Assembly (NCBI GenBank): GCA_964016885.1
Contig: OZ024740.1
Coordinates: 226,734,001 to 226,798,000, forward strand
DNA: 64,000 bases
Origin: Eledone cirrhosa
Lineage: Eukaryota
Direction of reading: 5' to 3'
Positions 26,590 to 38,545 of this stretch are shown piece after piece. The notes beneath the pieces were generated by a model, which was not told where the DNA came from, searched no databases, and saw only the letters and a program-made list of their open reading frames with translations. The translations under genes were made by a program, and so were the position numbers. The first letter of the stretch is position 1. Every line of letters starts with the position of its first letter.

Positions 26590-29500
26590 TTGTGTGTGTG
26601 TAAATATATCTATGTGTGCAAATGTGAATGTGTATGAATGTATGTATGTGTGTGTAAATATATCTATGTGTGCAAATGTGAATGTGTATGAATGTATGTA
26701 TGTGTGTAAATATATCTATGTGTGCAAATGTGAATGTGTATGATTGTATGTGTGTGTGTAAATATATCTATGTGTGCAAATGTGAATGTGTGTGAATGTA
26801 TATATGTGTAAATATATCTATGTGTGCAAATGTGAATGTGTATGATTGTATGTATGTGTGTAAATATATCTATGTGTGCAAATGTGAATGTGTATGAATC
26901 TATATATGTGTATGTAAATATATCTATGTGTGCAAATGTGAATGTGTGTGAATGTATGTATGTGTGTGTAAATATATCTATGTGTGCAAATGTGAATGTG
27001 TATGAATGTATGTATGTGTATGTAAATATATCTATGTGTGCAAATGTGAATGTGTATGAATGTATTTGTGTGTAAATATATCTGTGTGCAATGTGAATGT
27101 GTATGAATGTATGTATGTGTGTAAATATATCTATGTGTGCAAATGTGAATGTGTATGAATGTATGTGTGTGTAAATATATCTATGTGTGCAAATGTGGAT
27201 GTGTATGAATATATGTATGTGTGTGTATGTAAATATATCTATGTGTGCAAATGTGAATGTGTATGAATGTATGTATGTGTGTAAATATATCTATGTGTGC
27301 AAATGTGAATGTGTATGAATGTATGTGTGTGTAAATATATCTATGTGTGCAAATGTTGATGTGTATGAATATATGTATGTGTGTAAATATATCTGTGTGT
27401 GTAAATGTGAATGTGTATGAATGTATGTGTGTGTAAATATATCTATGTGCGCAAATGTGAATGTGTATGATTGTATGTATGTGTGTAAATATATATGTGT
27501 GTGCAAATGTGAATGTATGTATGTGTGTGTAAATATATCTATGTGTGCAAATATAAATGTGTATGATTGTATGTATGTGTGTAAATATATCTATGTGTGC
27601 ATATTTTACATGTGTATGAATATATGTATGTGTGTGTAAATATATCTATGTGTGCAAATGTGAATGTGTATGAATGTATGCGTGTGTAAATATATCTGTG
27701 TGTGCAAATGTAAATGTGTATGAATGTATGTGTGTGTAAATATATCTATGTGCGCAAATGTGAATGTGTATGATTGTATGTATGTGTGTAAATATATCTG
27801 TGTGTGCAAATGTGAATGTGTATGAATATATGTATGTGTATGTAAATATATCTGTGTGCAAATGTGAATGTGTGTGAATGTATGTATGTGTGTGTAAATA
27901 TATCTATGTGTGCAAATGTGAATATTTATGAATGTATATGTGTAAATATATCTATGTTTGCAAATGTTGATGTGTATGAATATATATGTGTAAATATATC
28001 TATGTGTGCAAATGTTGATGTGTATGAATGTATGTATGTATGTGTGTGTAAATATATCTATGTGTGCAATGTGAATGTGTATGAATGTATGTGTGTGTAA
28101 ATATATCTATGTGTGCAAATGTAAATGTGTATGAATGATGGTGTGTGTAAATATATCTGTGTGTGCAAATGTAAATGTGTATGAATATATGTATGTGTGT
28201 GTAAATATATCTATGTGTGCAATGTGAATGTGTATGAATGTATGTGTGTGTAAATATATCTATGTGTGGAAATGTAAATGTGTATGAATGTATGTGTGTG
28301 TAAATATATCTGTGTGTGCAAATGTGAATGTGTATGAATGTCTGTATGTGTGTAAATATATCTATGTGTGCAAATGTAAATGTGTATGAATGTATGTGTG
28401 TGTAAATATATCTATGTGCGCAAATGTGAATGTGTATGATTGTATGTATGTGTGTAAATATATCTGTGTGTGCAAATGTAAATGTGTATGAATATATGTA
28501 TGTGTATGTAAATATATCTGTGTGCAAATGTGAATGTGTGTGAATGTATGTATGTGTGTGTAAATATATCTATGTGTGCAAATGTGAATATGTATGAATG
28601 TATATGTGTAAATATATCTATGTGTGCAAATGTTGATGTGTATGAATATATGTGTGTAAATATATCTATGTGTGCAAATGTTGATGTGTATGAATGTATG
28701 TATGTATGTGTGTGTAAATATATCTATGTGTGCAATGTGAATGTGTATGAATGTATGTGTGTGTAAATATATCTATGTGCGCAAATGTAAATGTGTATGA
28801 ATGTATGTGTGTGTAAATATATATGTGTGTGCAAATGTGAATGTGTATGAATGTATGTATGTGTGTAAATATATCTATGTGTGCAAATGTAAATGTGTAT
28901 GAATATATGTATGTGTGTGTAAATATATCTATGTGTGCAATGTGAATGTGTATGAATGTATGCGTGTGTAAATATATCTATGTGTGCAAATGTAAATGTG
29001 TATGAATGTATGTGTGTGTAAATATATCTGTGTGTGCAAATGTGAATGTGTATGAATGTATGTATGTGTGTAAATATATCTATGTGTGCAAATGTAAATG
29101 TGTATGAATGTATGTGTGTGTAAATATATCTATGTGCGCAAATGTGAATGTGTATGATTGTATGTATGTGTGTAAATATATCTGTGTGTGCAAATGTAAA
29201 TGTGTATGAATATATGTATGTAAATATATCTGTGTGCAAATGTGAATGTGTGTGAATGTATGTATGTGTGTGTAAATATATCTATGTGTGCAAATGTGAA
29301 TATGTATGAATGTATGTGTGTGTAAATATATCTATGTGTGCAAATGTGAATATGTATGAATGTATATGTGTAAATATATCTATGTGTGCAAATGTTGATG
29401 TGTATGAATATATGTGTGTAAATATATCTATGTGTGCAAATGTGAATGTGTATGAATGTATGTATGTGTGTGTAAATATATCTATGTGTGCAATGTGAAT

Positions 29501-29870
29501 GTGTATGAATGTATGTATGTGTAAATATATCTATGTGTGCAAATGTGAAGTGTATGAATGTATGTATGTGTATGTAAATATATCTATGTGTGCAAATGTG
29601 AATGTGTATGAATGTATGTATGTGTAAATATATCTATGTGTGCAAATGTGAATGTGTATGAATATATGTGTGTGTGTAAATATATCTATGTGTGCAAATC
29701 TGAATGTGTATGAATATATGTATGTGTGTGTAAATATATCTGTGTGTGCAAATGTGAATGTGTGTGAATGTATGTATGTGTGTAAATATATCTGTGTGTG
29801 CAAATGTGAATGTGTGTGTATGAATGTATATGTGTGTAAATATATCTATGTGTGCAAATGTGAATGTGTA
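26590..29870. repeat. ~44-50-bp minisatellite with ~666-bp higher-order block
   Basis: Unit gtaaatatatctatgtgtgcaaatgtgaatgtgtatgaatgtatgtgt; near-identical blocks start at 27864 and 28530. Confidence 0.93.
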
Positions 29871-30459
29871 CAAATATATGTATGTGTGAATGTAAATGTT
29901 TGCATCTATGTGTGTGTGTGAGTAAATATAACTATGTGTGCAAATGTGGATGTGTACAAATGTGGATGTGTGATTGTAAATGTTTATATCCATGAGTGTG
30001 CGTAAATATATTTGTGTGCAAATGTGCAAGTGTGAATGTGTGTATGTGTATGCATGTGTGTGTGTGTGTATGTATGCACGTGCACTTCTTTCCATGGTTC
30101 TCTCATTACAAACAGACTTGCACGTGACGTGCAGTTAGCGGTAATCTAGCTATGTACAGGTAGGAGGTGAACAGATGAAGAAAGAAGCGAGGATAGAAAG
30201 ATACATAAATAAATAGTGAGGGGGAAAAAGATATATAGAGACAGACATACAGACAGAAAGAGTGGGAGGGATAGAGAGGCGAGGAAGAGGGAGTTAATGA
30301 CAGTGTAGAATGAGGGGGGGGGGGGGTAATTAGAAATTCTGAAGACTGAAGTAGAGGAGTTGGGGGTCGGGTGGAGGAACAACAAAGAAAGAAAGAAAGA
30401 AAGACTGAGTGAAAGAGTGTAATGAGAGAGAAAGAGAAGTGGATGAAAAAAAAGATTAA

Positions 30460-30715
30460 CCCTTTTGATATCAAACAGCCTGGAACCATCCCTGGTTCTA
30501 TCATACAAGACTTTGTTTTTAAATGTTTATATTTAACTAAAAACCTTCCACCCTAATTTAGGTACAAGAACCTATGTTAAGCTATGTTTCAACACCAGCT
30601 TCTTAATGAGAAAGTTAATTATTTTTAGTTAGTTCTATTACAAAATCTCTACAAAAGCTTGAATATTTTCAAAATGATTTGAAAATATTTCTTTAGAAAC
30701 ATGTTAATGAAAAGG
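30460..30715. mobile_element. piggyBac-like MITE
   Basis: TTAA-ccctttt.at ... at.aaaagg-TTAA. Confidence 0.5.
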
Positions 30716-30728
30716 TTAAAAGAGACTG

Positions 30729-30809
<81 letters not shown>

Positions 30810-31110
30810 AGAAATAAAAAAAGGATAACAAAAAATAATACCAAGAAATAAAAAAGAATTAACTAACAAGGCGTGCTGGGATTTGAACTCGAAGATGAAA
30901 GAAGAAAGGGTACAGTGGTATCCATATATATATAGATTCATATGCATTGAATTTATACTGAGATGACATACTTTAAATATATCATTTATAGACCTCAACT
31001 ACTATTGTGGTCCTTTGTGTTGGGATGCATACATTTCAGATTTAATACACACACACACACACATGCACATATATATATAAATATATGTCCATTTTCCCCG
31101 CTAGCATATA

Positions 31111-31144
<34 letters not shown>

Positions 31145-31148
<4 letters not shown>

Positions 31149-31398
31149 TGTCACGACAAAAAAACACACAGTCCACGCTGTAATGTGGCCGTGTAGGCAA
31201 CACGGTAAAAACCTCCCAGACCCACACTGTAAATGTGGTTGGTGTTAGGAAGGGCATCCAACTGTAGAAAACCTGCCAGACAGTCCTATGCGAGCAAGAC
31301 AATCACTCTTGCCTCAAGTGGGACTACCCCCGTCCAAACCCATGCAAGCGTGGAACACGGACGTTAAACGTTGATGATGATGATGATGATGATGATGA
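31145..31398 (+). mobile_element. 5'-truncated copy of the intact LINE's 3' UTR
   Basis: Identical by eye to 36788-37030; (GAT)n tail. Confidence 0.92.
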
Positions 31399-31458
31399 TA
31401 TATATATATATATATACAATATATTAATAAATGGAAACTATATTTATAAAGCCATATT

Positions 31459-31524
31459 TATTTTATTATATATATTTCAAGGGCAACTAAGGCAAATTAT
31501 GGTGCGCTTTCATCAGATAAAATA
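31459..31524 (-). ncRNA. Type I minimal hammerhead ribozyme (mirror copy)
   Basis: Reverse complement of 31681-31746 with 2 substitutions in the stem II region. Confidence 0.7.
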
Positions 31525-31680
31525 CGGATTTGTTTTAGAAATAAATATTTTTGTTTTATAAATAAATATTGACATACCCGGAAAAAAGACAACCTTAACG
31601 GTTGGAGCTTCCTGGAAGCTCCAACCGTTAAGGTTGTCTTTTTTCCGGGTATGTCAATATTTATTTATAAAACAAATCTG

Positions 31681-31746
31681 TATTTTATCTGATGAAAGCG
31701 CACCATAATTTGCTTTGGTTGCCCTTGAAATATATATAATAAAATA
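31681..31746 (+). ncRNA. Type I minimal hammerhead ribozyme
   Basis: tattttat-CTGATGA(31689)-AAGCGCACCA..TGGTTGCCCTT-GAAA(31727)-tatata-TA(31737-38)-ataaaata; perfect 8-bp stem I; palindromic ATATATAT helix III region. Confidence 0.75.
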
Positions 31747-31965
31747 AATATGGTTTTATAAATATACTTTCCATTTATTAATATTTTGTGTATTTACTCC
31801 ACTAACTTGTTGAGTGGCTTTATATCGGTTATAAAAATGTTTAAGCTTGTTGAATCCCAACAAATTTAATATATTCTCTGCATATATATATATAGAGAGA
31901 GAGATAGAGATAGATAGAGATAGATATAGATATATAGAGAGAGATAGATATATTTTTATATGTAT

Positions 31966-32165
31966 NNNNNNNNNNNNNNNNNNNNNNNNNNNNNNNNNNN
32001 NNNNNNNNNNNNNNNNNNNNNNNNNNNNNNNNNNNNNNNNNNNNNNNNNNNNNNNNNNNNNNNNNNNNNNNNNNNNNNNNNNNNNNNNNNNNNNNNNNNN
32101 NNNNNNNNNNNNNNNNNNNNNNNNNNNNNNNNNNNNNNNNNNNNNNNNNNNNNNNNNNNNNNNNN
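31966..32165. other. Assembly gap (200 N)
   Basis: Run of n. Confidence 1.
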
Positions 32166-32384
32166 AACATTCATAACCTTCTATCTTAATTCTATCGTAT
32201 TCTCAAACAAAAAAACAAAATCCTCCCCATTCTACTTATAAATTACTTTAAATATATATAGTATGCTACTTGAAAGTCAAAAAGCCGATCCACCCCTTCA
32301 CCCTCCTGCTTCTCCACGAGGGGGCTGCGGTCAGCCACTATCTCCCCCCCCCTCTCTTTCTTCCCCTCTATCTCTCGCTTAGCT

Positions 32385-32421
<37 letters not shown>

Positions 32422-32889
32422 AGATAAGTTTTCCTTCATGTTTATCCACTTTGCTTCAATTATTTCTATGATGGACTCATGTAAACCGTAAAGTACAATC
32501 CTTCTCTCCATTTCCACGCTCAATTCCGTACACAGTCCAAACAAACATCCAATCTCGCAAAATCCGAAATCTGTATTTTTTTGTTATCTATTTAAGGTTT
32601 AAATACGGTGTTTTTGTCGTATTGAACAGAACAAATCTTGCAGTTTTGCTTTTTGTTAAATCGCTTGTTAAACATTCATAACCTTCTATCTTAATTCTAT
32701 CGTATTCTCAAACAAAAAAACAAAATCCTCCCCATTCTACTTATAAATTACTTTAAATATATATAGTATGCTACTTGAAAGTCAAAAAGCCGATCCACCC
32801 CTTCACCCTCCTGCTTCTCCACGAGGGGGCTGCGGTCAGCCACTATCTCCCCCCCCCTCTCTTTCTTCCCCTCTATCTCTCGCTTAGCT

Positions 32890-32926
<37 letters not shown>

Positions 32927-33191
32927 AGATAAGTTTTCCTTCATGTTTATCCACTTTGCTTCAATTATTTCTATGATGGACTCATGTAAACCGTAAAGTA
33001 CAATCCTTCTCTCCATTTCCACGCTCAATTCCGTACACAGTCCAAACAAACATCCAATCTCGCAAAATCCGAAATCTGTATTTTTTTGTTATCTATTTAA
33101 GGTTTAAATACGGTGTTTTTGTCGTATTGAACAGAACAAATCTTGCAGTTTTGCTTTTTGTTAAATCGCTTGTTAAACATTCATAACCTTC
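32166..33191 (+). repeat. Tandem 505-bp monomers (2 full + 16 bp) upstream of the LINE ORF
   Basis: aacattcataaccttc starts at 32166, 32671 and 33176; copies appear identical. Confidence 0.95.
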
Positions 33192-33417
33192 CAGCTAGCT
33201 ACCCCACACCCCTCCCTCCCGCCCCCACACGCCACCATACTTAATACGTGGACCAATCATAAGCCAGAGCCCCCCCCCCCCCGCATCACCACCATTATTA
33301 TAAGCCAGAGCCACCCACCCCCACCCCCACGCATCACCATTATTATTATTACGCGGACCAAATCATAAGCCAGAGGCCTATACTATCGCTTGCCCGGTTG
33401 CCTTCGATATATGATGG

Positions 33418-36400
33418 ATGGATGGATGGATGGACGGACGGACTGCGGAATCCTTGGAGAGTGGAAGGGAGAGAAAAATCTGGACGCCCAGAGCGAAAAT
33501 GCCAATGCTAAAGTCAAATTCACCTCGTGGACGAGAATGCGAGCACTCTTCTTTGTTTCGCCCGCGGATGGCTAACATAACCCCATCCCCCCCCGCCCCA
33601 CACCACCCCCACCCTCCAAACGCGATCCAAAACTTCAGAGTTGGTACCATAAATGTAGGCACCCTAAAGGGTCGCGCTAACGAGGTTGTAGAAATGCTTG
33701 AACGTAAGGAGGTCGATGTTTGTTGTATTCAAGAGACCAGGTGGAGGGGTGGGTCTGCTAGATTCATTGAGGGTAAAAAACGATGTTATAAGCTTTTCTG
33801 GGTGGGAAACGACGATGGGCTGGGTGGAGTAGGAATCATGGTAGCAGAAAAGTGGGCAGATAAGATAATAGACGTAAATAGAGTGAACGACAGAATAATT
33901 AAAATAAGACTTGTCCTCAATAGAACTACGGTGACAGTAATATCTGCGTACGCACCCCAATCCGGACTGCCCGGCACTATAAAAGACAGATTCTATGAGA
34001 CACTGTTGCTAACTACCTCCCAAATATCTGACAGTGACTATATAATTATTGCAGGCGACCTAAATGGTCACGTTGGACAACATTGTGACGGCTATGACGA
34101 AATCCATGGAGGCTATGGGTTTGGTACTAGAAATGAGGAAGGCTCCAGAATTCTGGAATACTGTGATGCAAATAACCTAACTATCTGTAACACTAACTTC
34201 AAAAAACGTGACAATCACCTGATTACCTATAGATCCGGGGAACACACAAGCCAGGTAGATTATATCCTTACCAGAAGACGTGACAGAGTGTCTGTTGTAA
34301 ACACTAAATCCCTCCCCCATGAAGAATGCACCTCCCAACATAGACTGATAATTAGCGACCTCATAGTCAGGACGAGACGCACCCGACAGCAGAAGAGGAC
34401 TATCCTCAGGAGGAAAATATGGAAACTAAAAGACCCCACAGCCAGAAATAAATTTCAAAGCATATTACTTGATGCTTTCGACAGTAAGGAAGAGCATCTA
34501 GAATCGGACAATATAGAGGGACAGTGGAAATTTCTGAAAGCTAACCTGCTGTTGGCGACAGACGAAGTCTGTGGCTGGAGCAGGCCTGTAGGCAGGAGGA
34601 GAGTAACATGGTGGTGGAACAGTAAGGTGGAGGGGTCAATTAAGGCCAAAAAGCAGGCTTGGAAAGTATGGCGGGATGGGGGAAGTAGAGTAGACTATCA
34701 AGTGGCCAGGAGGGAAGCTAGGAGAGAAGTGTACTTAGCAAGAAGGGAAGCCGAGGAAAGAAAGTTCAAGCATGTTCTACAACGCGATGACCAAAAACGT
34801 GAGGTGTTCAGGATTGCCAGGCAATGCGTCAAGGAAAACCGTGATATTGTCGGGGAGAAGTGTGTACTTAACGATGATGGCATACTTGCCATCACCGACA
34901 CTGATAAGAAGGTAGCTTGGAAGTGTCACTATGAAAGGCTACTAAATGAGGAGAATAAATGGGAGAAAGACAGTCTCCCCCATATCGACCCGATAGAGGG
35001 ACCAGCAGTGTTAGTCGAGGGGAGTATAATAAGTAAGGCAATCAAGGATATGAAGACTGGTAAGGCGGCTGGGCCTTCGGAAATAGTTGCTGAGATGCTG
35101 AAGGCATCTGGCACGGTGGGACACACCATGGTCACCCGCATAGTTAACCAAGTCGTACAGAATGGGGTTGTTCCGAAGGACTGGCATAGCAGCATCATCG
35201 TTAACTGTTATAAGGGTAAAGGAGACGCCCTAGATAGGAGTAACTATAGAGGCATTAAATTAATCGACCAGGTCATGAAGGTCACGGAAAAAGTAATAGC
35301 GCAACTAATCAGAGAGAGAATTGATCTAGATGAAATGCAGTTCGGGTTTGTGTCAGGCAAAAGCACCACAGACGCTCTTTTCATAGTACGACAACTACAG
35401 GAGAAGTACCTAGCTAAAGGTAAACCCCTCTACTTAGCTTTTGTCGACCTGGAGAAAGCCTTCGACAGAGTCCCCCGCTCCATTATCTGGTGGGCTCTTA
35501 GAAAACTAGGCGTTGACGAATGGCTTGTGAGGGCTATACAAGCCATGTATAAAGAAACAGTCAGCAAGGTTAGAATTAACAACGAATATAGTGAAGAGTT
35601 TAGCGTAAAAGTTGGCGTCCATCAGGGCTCTGTTCTCAGCCCCCTACTATTTATTATTGCCCTTCAGGCTATAACAGAGGAGTTCAAGACAGGCTGCCCA
35701 TGGGAACTCCTATACGCAGACGACCTGACACTCATAGCGGAATCAATGGCCGAGCTAGAGAAGAAATTCCAAACATGGAAGCACGGCCTAGAGTCAAAAG
35801 GACTTAAAATTAACCTGGCTAAGACCAAAGTTCTAGTTTGTAGGAAAGAAAACAAGGCGGCGGTCCCTTCTGGGAAATGGTCGTGCTCGGTATGTAGGAA
35901 AGGCGTAGGTAGAAACTCCATCTTATGTCCTAAATGCAAAGTATGGGTGCATAAAAGATGTAGTGGGATCACAGGTAAGCTAACTAAGAACATAGACTTT
36001 ACATGTGGCCGGTGTTCTGGTGCAATAAGTAGCAGCAAGTGCCCACAAAATACTAGCTCTTTCAATTGCGCAGAGGGTTTTATAGAAATAGTGGACAGCT
36101 TCCGTTACCTGGGCGATAAAATCAGCAGTGGGGGAGGGTGCTCTGAAAGTACTGTAGCTAGAGTCAGAACTGGTTGGAAAAAGTTCAGAGAGCTTATACC
36201 ACTATTAGCTGCTAAAGGGTTCTCCCTAAAAATGAAAGGCAGGTTGTACGATGCCTGCATACGAACAGCAATGTTGCATGGTAGTGAGACCTGGGCATTG
36301 TGTGCAGAGGATATACGCAGACTAGAGAGGAACGAAGCTTGCATGCTCCGCTGGATGTGTAACAGTAATATACGTGAACGGCAAAGCATAAACGAACTAA

Positions 36401-36681
36401 GGAAAAAATTAGAGATAAGAGGGATCAGATGTTGTTTACTCGAGAGAAGGCTGCGTTGGTATGGACACGTGATGCGCATGAAAGTCGATAGCTGTATTAC
36501 AAAGTGCAGGGCAATAAAGATAGACGGTAGCCACGGAATAGGCAGACCTAGAAAAACATGGGATGAGCTGATAAACTCCGACCTCACACACTTACACCTC
36601 TCCAAGACAATGTCACTGGACCGTGACCTTTGGCGGTACTCAGTAACAGAGAAGACCCGCCTTGCCAGTAGGCATCTCTAA
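33418..36681 (+). CDS. LINE ORF: APE endonuclease + reverse transcriptase with inserted PHD finger
   Basis: APE motifs TINVGTL, CIQETRW, GVGI, YAPQ, GDLNGH, DYIL, SQH; RT motifs QFGF, FVDLEKAFD, GVHQGSVLSPLLF, YADD, GLKINLAKTK, FRYLG; RTE C-terminus HGSETW, WYGHV, GRPRKTW. True start may be ATG 33568. Confidence 0.95.
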   Translation: MDGWMDGRTAESLESGRERKIWTPRAKMPMLKSNSPRGRECEHSSLFRPRMANITPSPPAPHHPHPPNAIQNFRVGTINVGTLKGRANEVVEMLERKEVDVCCIQETRWRGGSARFIEGKKRCYKLFWVGNDDGLGGVGIMVAEKWADKIIDVNRVNDRIIKIRLVLNRTTVTVISAYAPQSGLPGTIKDRFYETLLLTTSQISDSDYIIIAGDLNGHVGQHCDGYDEIHGGYGFGTRNEEGSRILEYCDANNLTICNTNFKKRDNHLITYRSGEHTSQVDYILTRRRDRVSVVNTKSLPHEECTSQHRLIISDLIVRTRRTRQQKRTILRRKIWKLKDPTARNKFQSILLDAFDSKEEHLESDNIEGQWKFLKANLLLATDEVCGWSRPVGRRRVTWWWNSKVEGSIKAKKQAWKVWRDGGSRVDYQVARREARREVYLARREAEERKFKHVLQRDDQKREVFRIARQCVKENRDIVGEKCVLNDDGILAITDTDKKVAWKCHYERLLNEENKWEKDSLPHIDPIEGPAVLVEGSIISKAIKDMKTGKAAGPSEIVAEMLKASGTVGHTMVTRIVNQVVQNGVVPKDWHSSIIVNCYKGKGDALDRSNYRGIKLIDQVMKVTEKVIAQLIRERIDLDEMQFGFVSGKSTTDALFIVRQLQEKYLAKGKPLYLAFVDLEKAFDRVPRSIIWWALRKLGVDEWLVRAIQAMYKETVSKVRINNEYSEEFSVKVGVHQGSVLSPLLFIIALQAITEEFKTGCPWELLYADDLTLIAESMAELEKKFQTWKHGLESKGLKINLAKTKVLVCRKENKAAVPSGKWSCSVCRKGVGRNSILCPKCKVWVHKRCSGITGKLTKNIDFTCGRCSGAISSSKCPQNTSSFNCAEGFIEIVDSFRYLGDKISSGGGCSESTVARVRTGWKKFRELIPLLAAKGFSLKMKGRLYDACIRTAMLHGSETWALCAEDIRRLERNEACMLRWMCNSNIRERQSINELRKKLEIRGIRCCLLERRLRWYGHVMRMKVDSCITKCRAIKIDGSHGIGRPRKTWDELINSDLTHLHLSKTMSLDRDLWRYSVTEKTRLASRHL

Positions 36682-37124
36682 CAAAATACACCCCTCCCGC
36701 CGCCACCCCCACCCCATCCACACCACCCCGTTCTATGTAAAGTTATGTTGGTGCCGCGCCATCCAGGCCGAAACAAATGAGATCGTGTAGGTGTCACGAC
36801 AAAAAAACACACAGTCCACGCTGTAATGTGGCCGTGTAGGCAACACGGTAAAAACCTCCCAGACCCACACTGTAAATGTGGTTGGTGTTAGGAAGGGCAT
36901 CCAACTGTAGAAAACCTGCCAGACAGTCCTATGCGAGCAAGACAATCACTCTTGCCTCAAGTGGGACTACCCCCGTCCAAACCCATGCAAGCGTGGAACA
37001 CGGACGTTAAACGTTGATGATGATGATGATATCTTGATATATATTTATATATATGTATGTATGTATATATTTATACTTTTATATATATGCATGCATGTAT
37101 ATATATATGTTGTGGAACCAATAT

Positions 37125-37410
37125 AAAGCTATGTTGGTACCACAACATCAAGTCCGAAATAAATGAGGTCGTGTAGGTGTCACGACAAAAAACACAGTCC
37201 ACGCTGTAATATGGCCGTGTAGGTAACACGGTAAAAACCTCCCAGTCCACACTGTAAACGTCGTTGGTGTTAGGAAGAGCATCCAGCCGTAGAAAACCCG
37301 CCTGACAGTCCTGAGCAAGACAACCAATCTTGCCTCAAGTGGGACAATTCCCATCCATTTCCCATGCTAGCATGGGAAATGGACGTTAAACGATGATGAT
37401 GATGATGATA
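37125..37410 (+). mobile_element. Older diverged LINE/SINE 3' end
   Basis: Similar but not identical to 36740-37030. Confidence 0.8.
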
Positions 37411-37481
37411 AATGTATACTCTTTTACTATTTTACCTGTTCCAGCCATCCGGCTGAGGCCATATATATTTACCTATATATT

Positions 37482-37512
<31 letters not shown>

Positions 37513-37613
37513 GTATATATATATATGTATATGTATATATATGTATATGTATATATTTATGTATATGTATATATTTATTTATTTGTATGTATGAATATAT
37601 ATATATATTTATT

Positions 37614-37649
<36 letters not shown>

Positions 37650-37681
37650 TATATGTATATGTGTATATCTATGTATATGTG

Positions 37682-37712
<31 letters not shown>

Positions 37713-37805
37713 ATATGTATATATATATGTATGTATATGTATATATTCATATATATGTATATATTTATATATATATATATATATATGTATATGTGTATAT
37801 ATGTG

Positions 37806-37850
<45 letters not shown>

Positions 37851-38168
37851 TTGTATATATATATATATATATTTGTATATATTTATATACATGTATATGT
37901 TTATTTATGTATATATATATATATATATATATACATATGCATACACACACACATATATGTGTGTGTGTATATATATAACAAATGTGTTCTGTACTAGTGA
38001 ATGATTTGTTTTGAATGTGGAATAGGATCTGTGGGCACAAACCACTTAGGGCCACTCCATGCATGCTATGATAATTAGAGAGACAGAGACAGAGAAAGTG
38101 AGAGTTACACAGAATGGAAGAGAGGGGGAGAGAGAAAGGCTGAATGTGACAGTTACACAGATAGTGAC

Positions 38169-38206
<38 letters not shown>

Positions 38207-38545
38207 TAGGAAAGTAGAGAAGTGTGTTAGTTCCACTTAGGGTGTGGTTTATTGTTCTCTATGGATTTCCATCTGTTTACAATGTATGAGTGAGAAGTAG
38301 GGGTAGTGCAATAGTAGTGAGTGCACAGCTAAGACAGATAGAATCAATGAGTTCCCAAGAAGGAGCAAACTAACTGTGATGTTGTTGCAGAAGCAGGGGA
38401 AAGATTGACCATATTTTTCTGTGGAAAAACTGTTAGGAAAGGGGGAGAGGGTGACTGTATTGCAGGTGGAAGGGAAGGGGAAATATATAGCAGTAAGGTA
38501 AATATGATGTAGAATGACAGGTGCCTTATGTTGTTGAAATGAGAA

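Larger units (their letters stand above)
31417..31881. mobile_element. Fold-back PLE-like end 3 with right-hand tail
   Basis: Mirror about 31613 (agcttcc-t-ggaagct); arms about 175-195 bp with a ~21-nt indel; (TA)n flanks. Confidence 0.88.
32166..37030 (+). mobile_element. Apparently intact RTE-clade non-LTR retrotransposon
   Basis: Single APE-RT ORF, ~350-bp 3' UTR and (GAT)n tail; 5' boundary and TSD hidden by the gap. Confidence 0.9.

Noticed and set aside
32295-32345. HDV-like ribozyme in the 505-bp monomer (cttctccacgagggggctgcgg)
   Set aside because: An L3-like CTCCACG is present, but I could not find a convincing P1 5' strand, P2' or J4/2.
33664-36605. Antisense ORFs within the LINE
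   Set aside because: Shadow frames of the main ORF with no motifs.
31145-37030. Direct repeats flanking the RT ORF read as LTRs
   Set aside because: They are (GAT)n-tailed LINE 3' ends, with no PBS/PPT or gag/integrase, and the RT is of non-LTR type.
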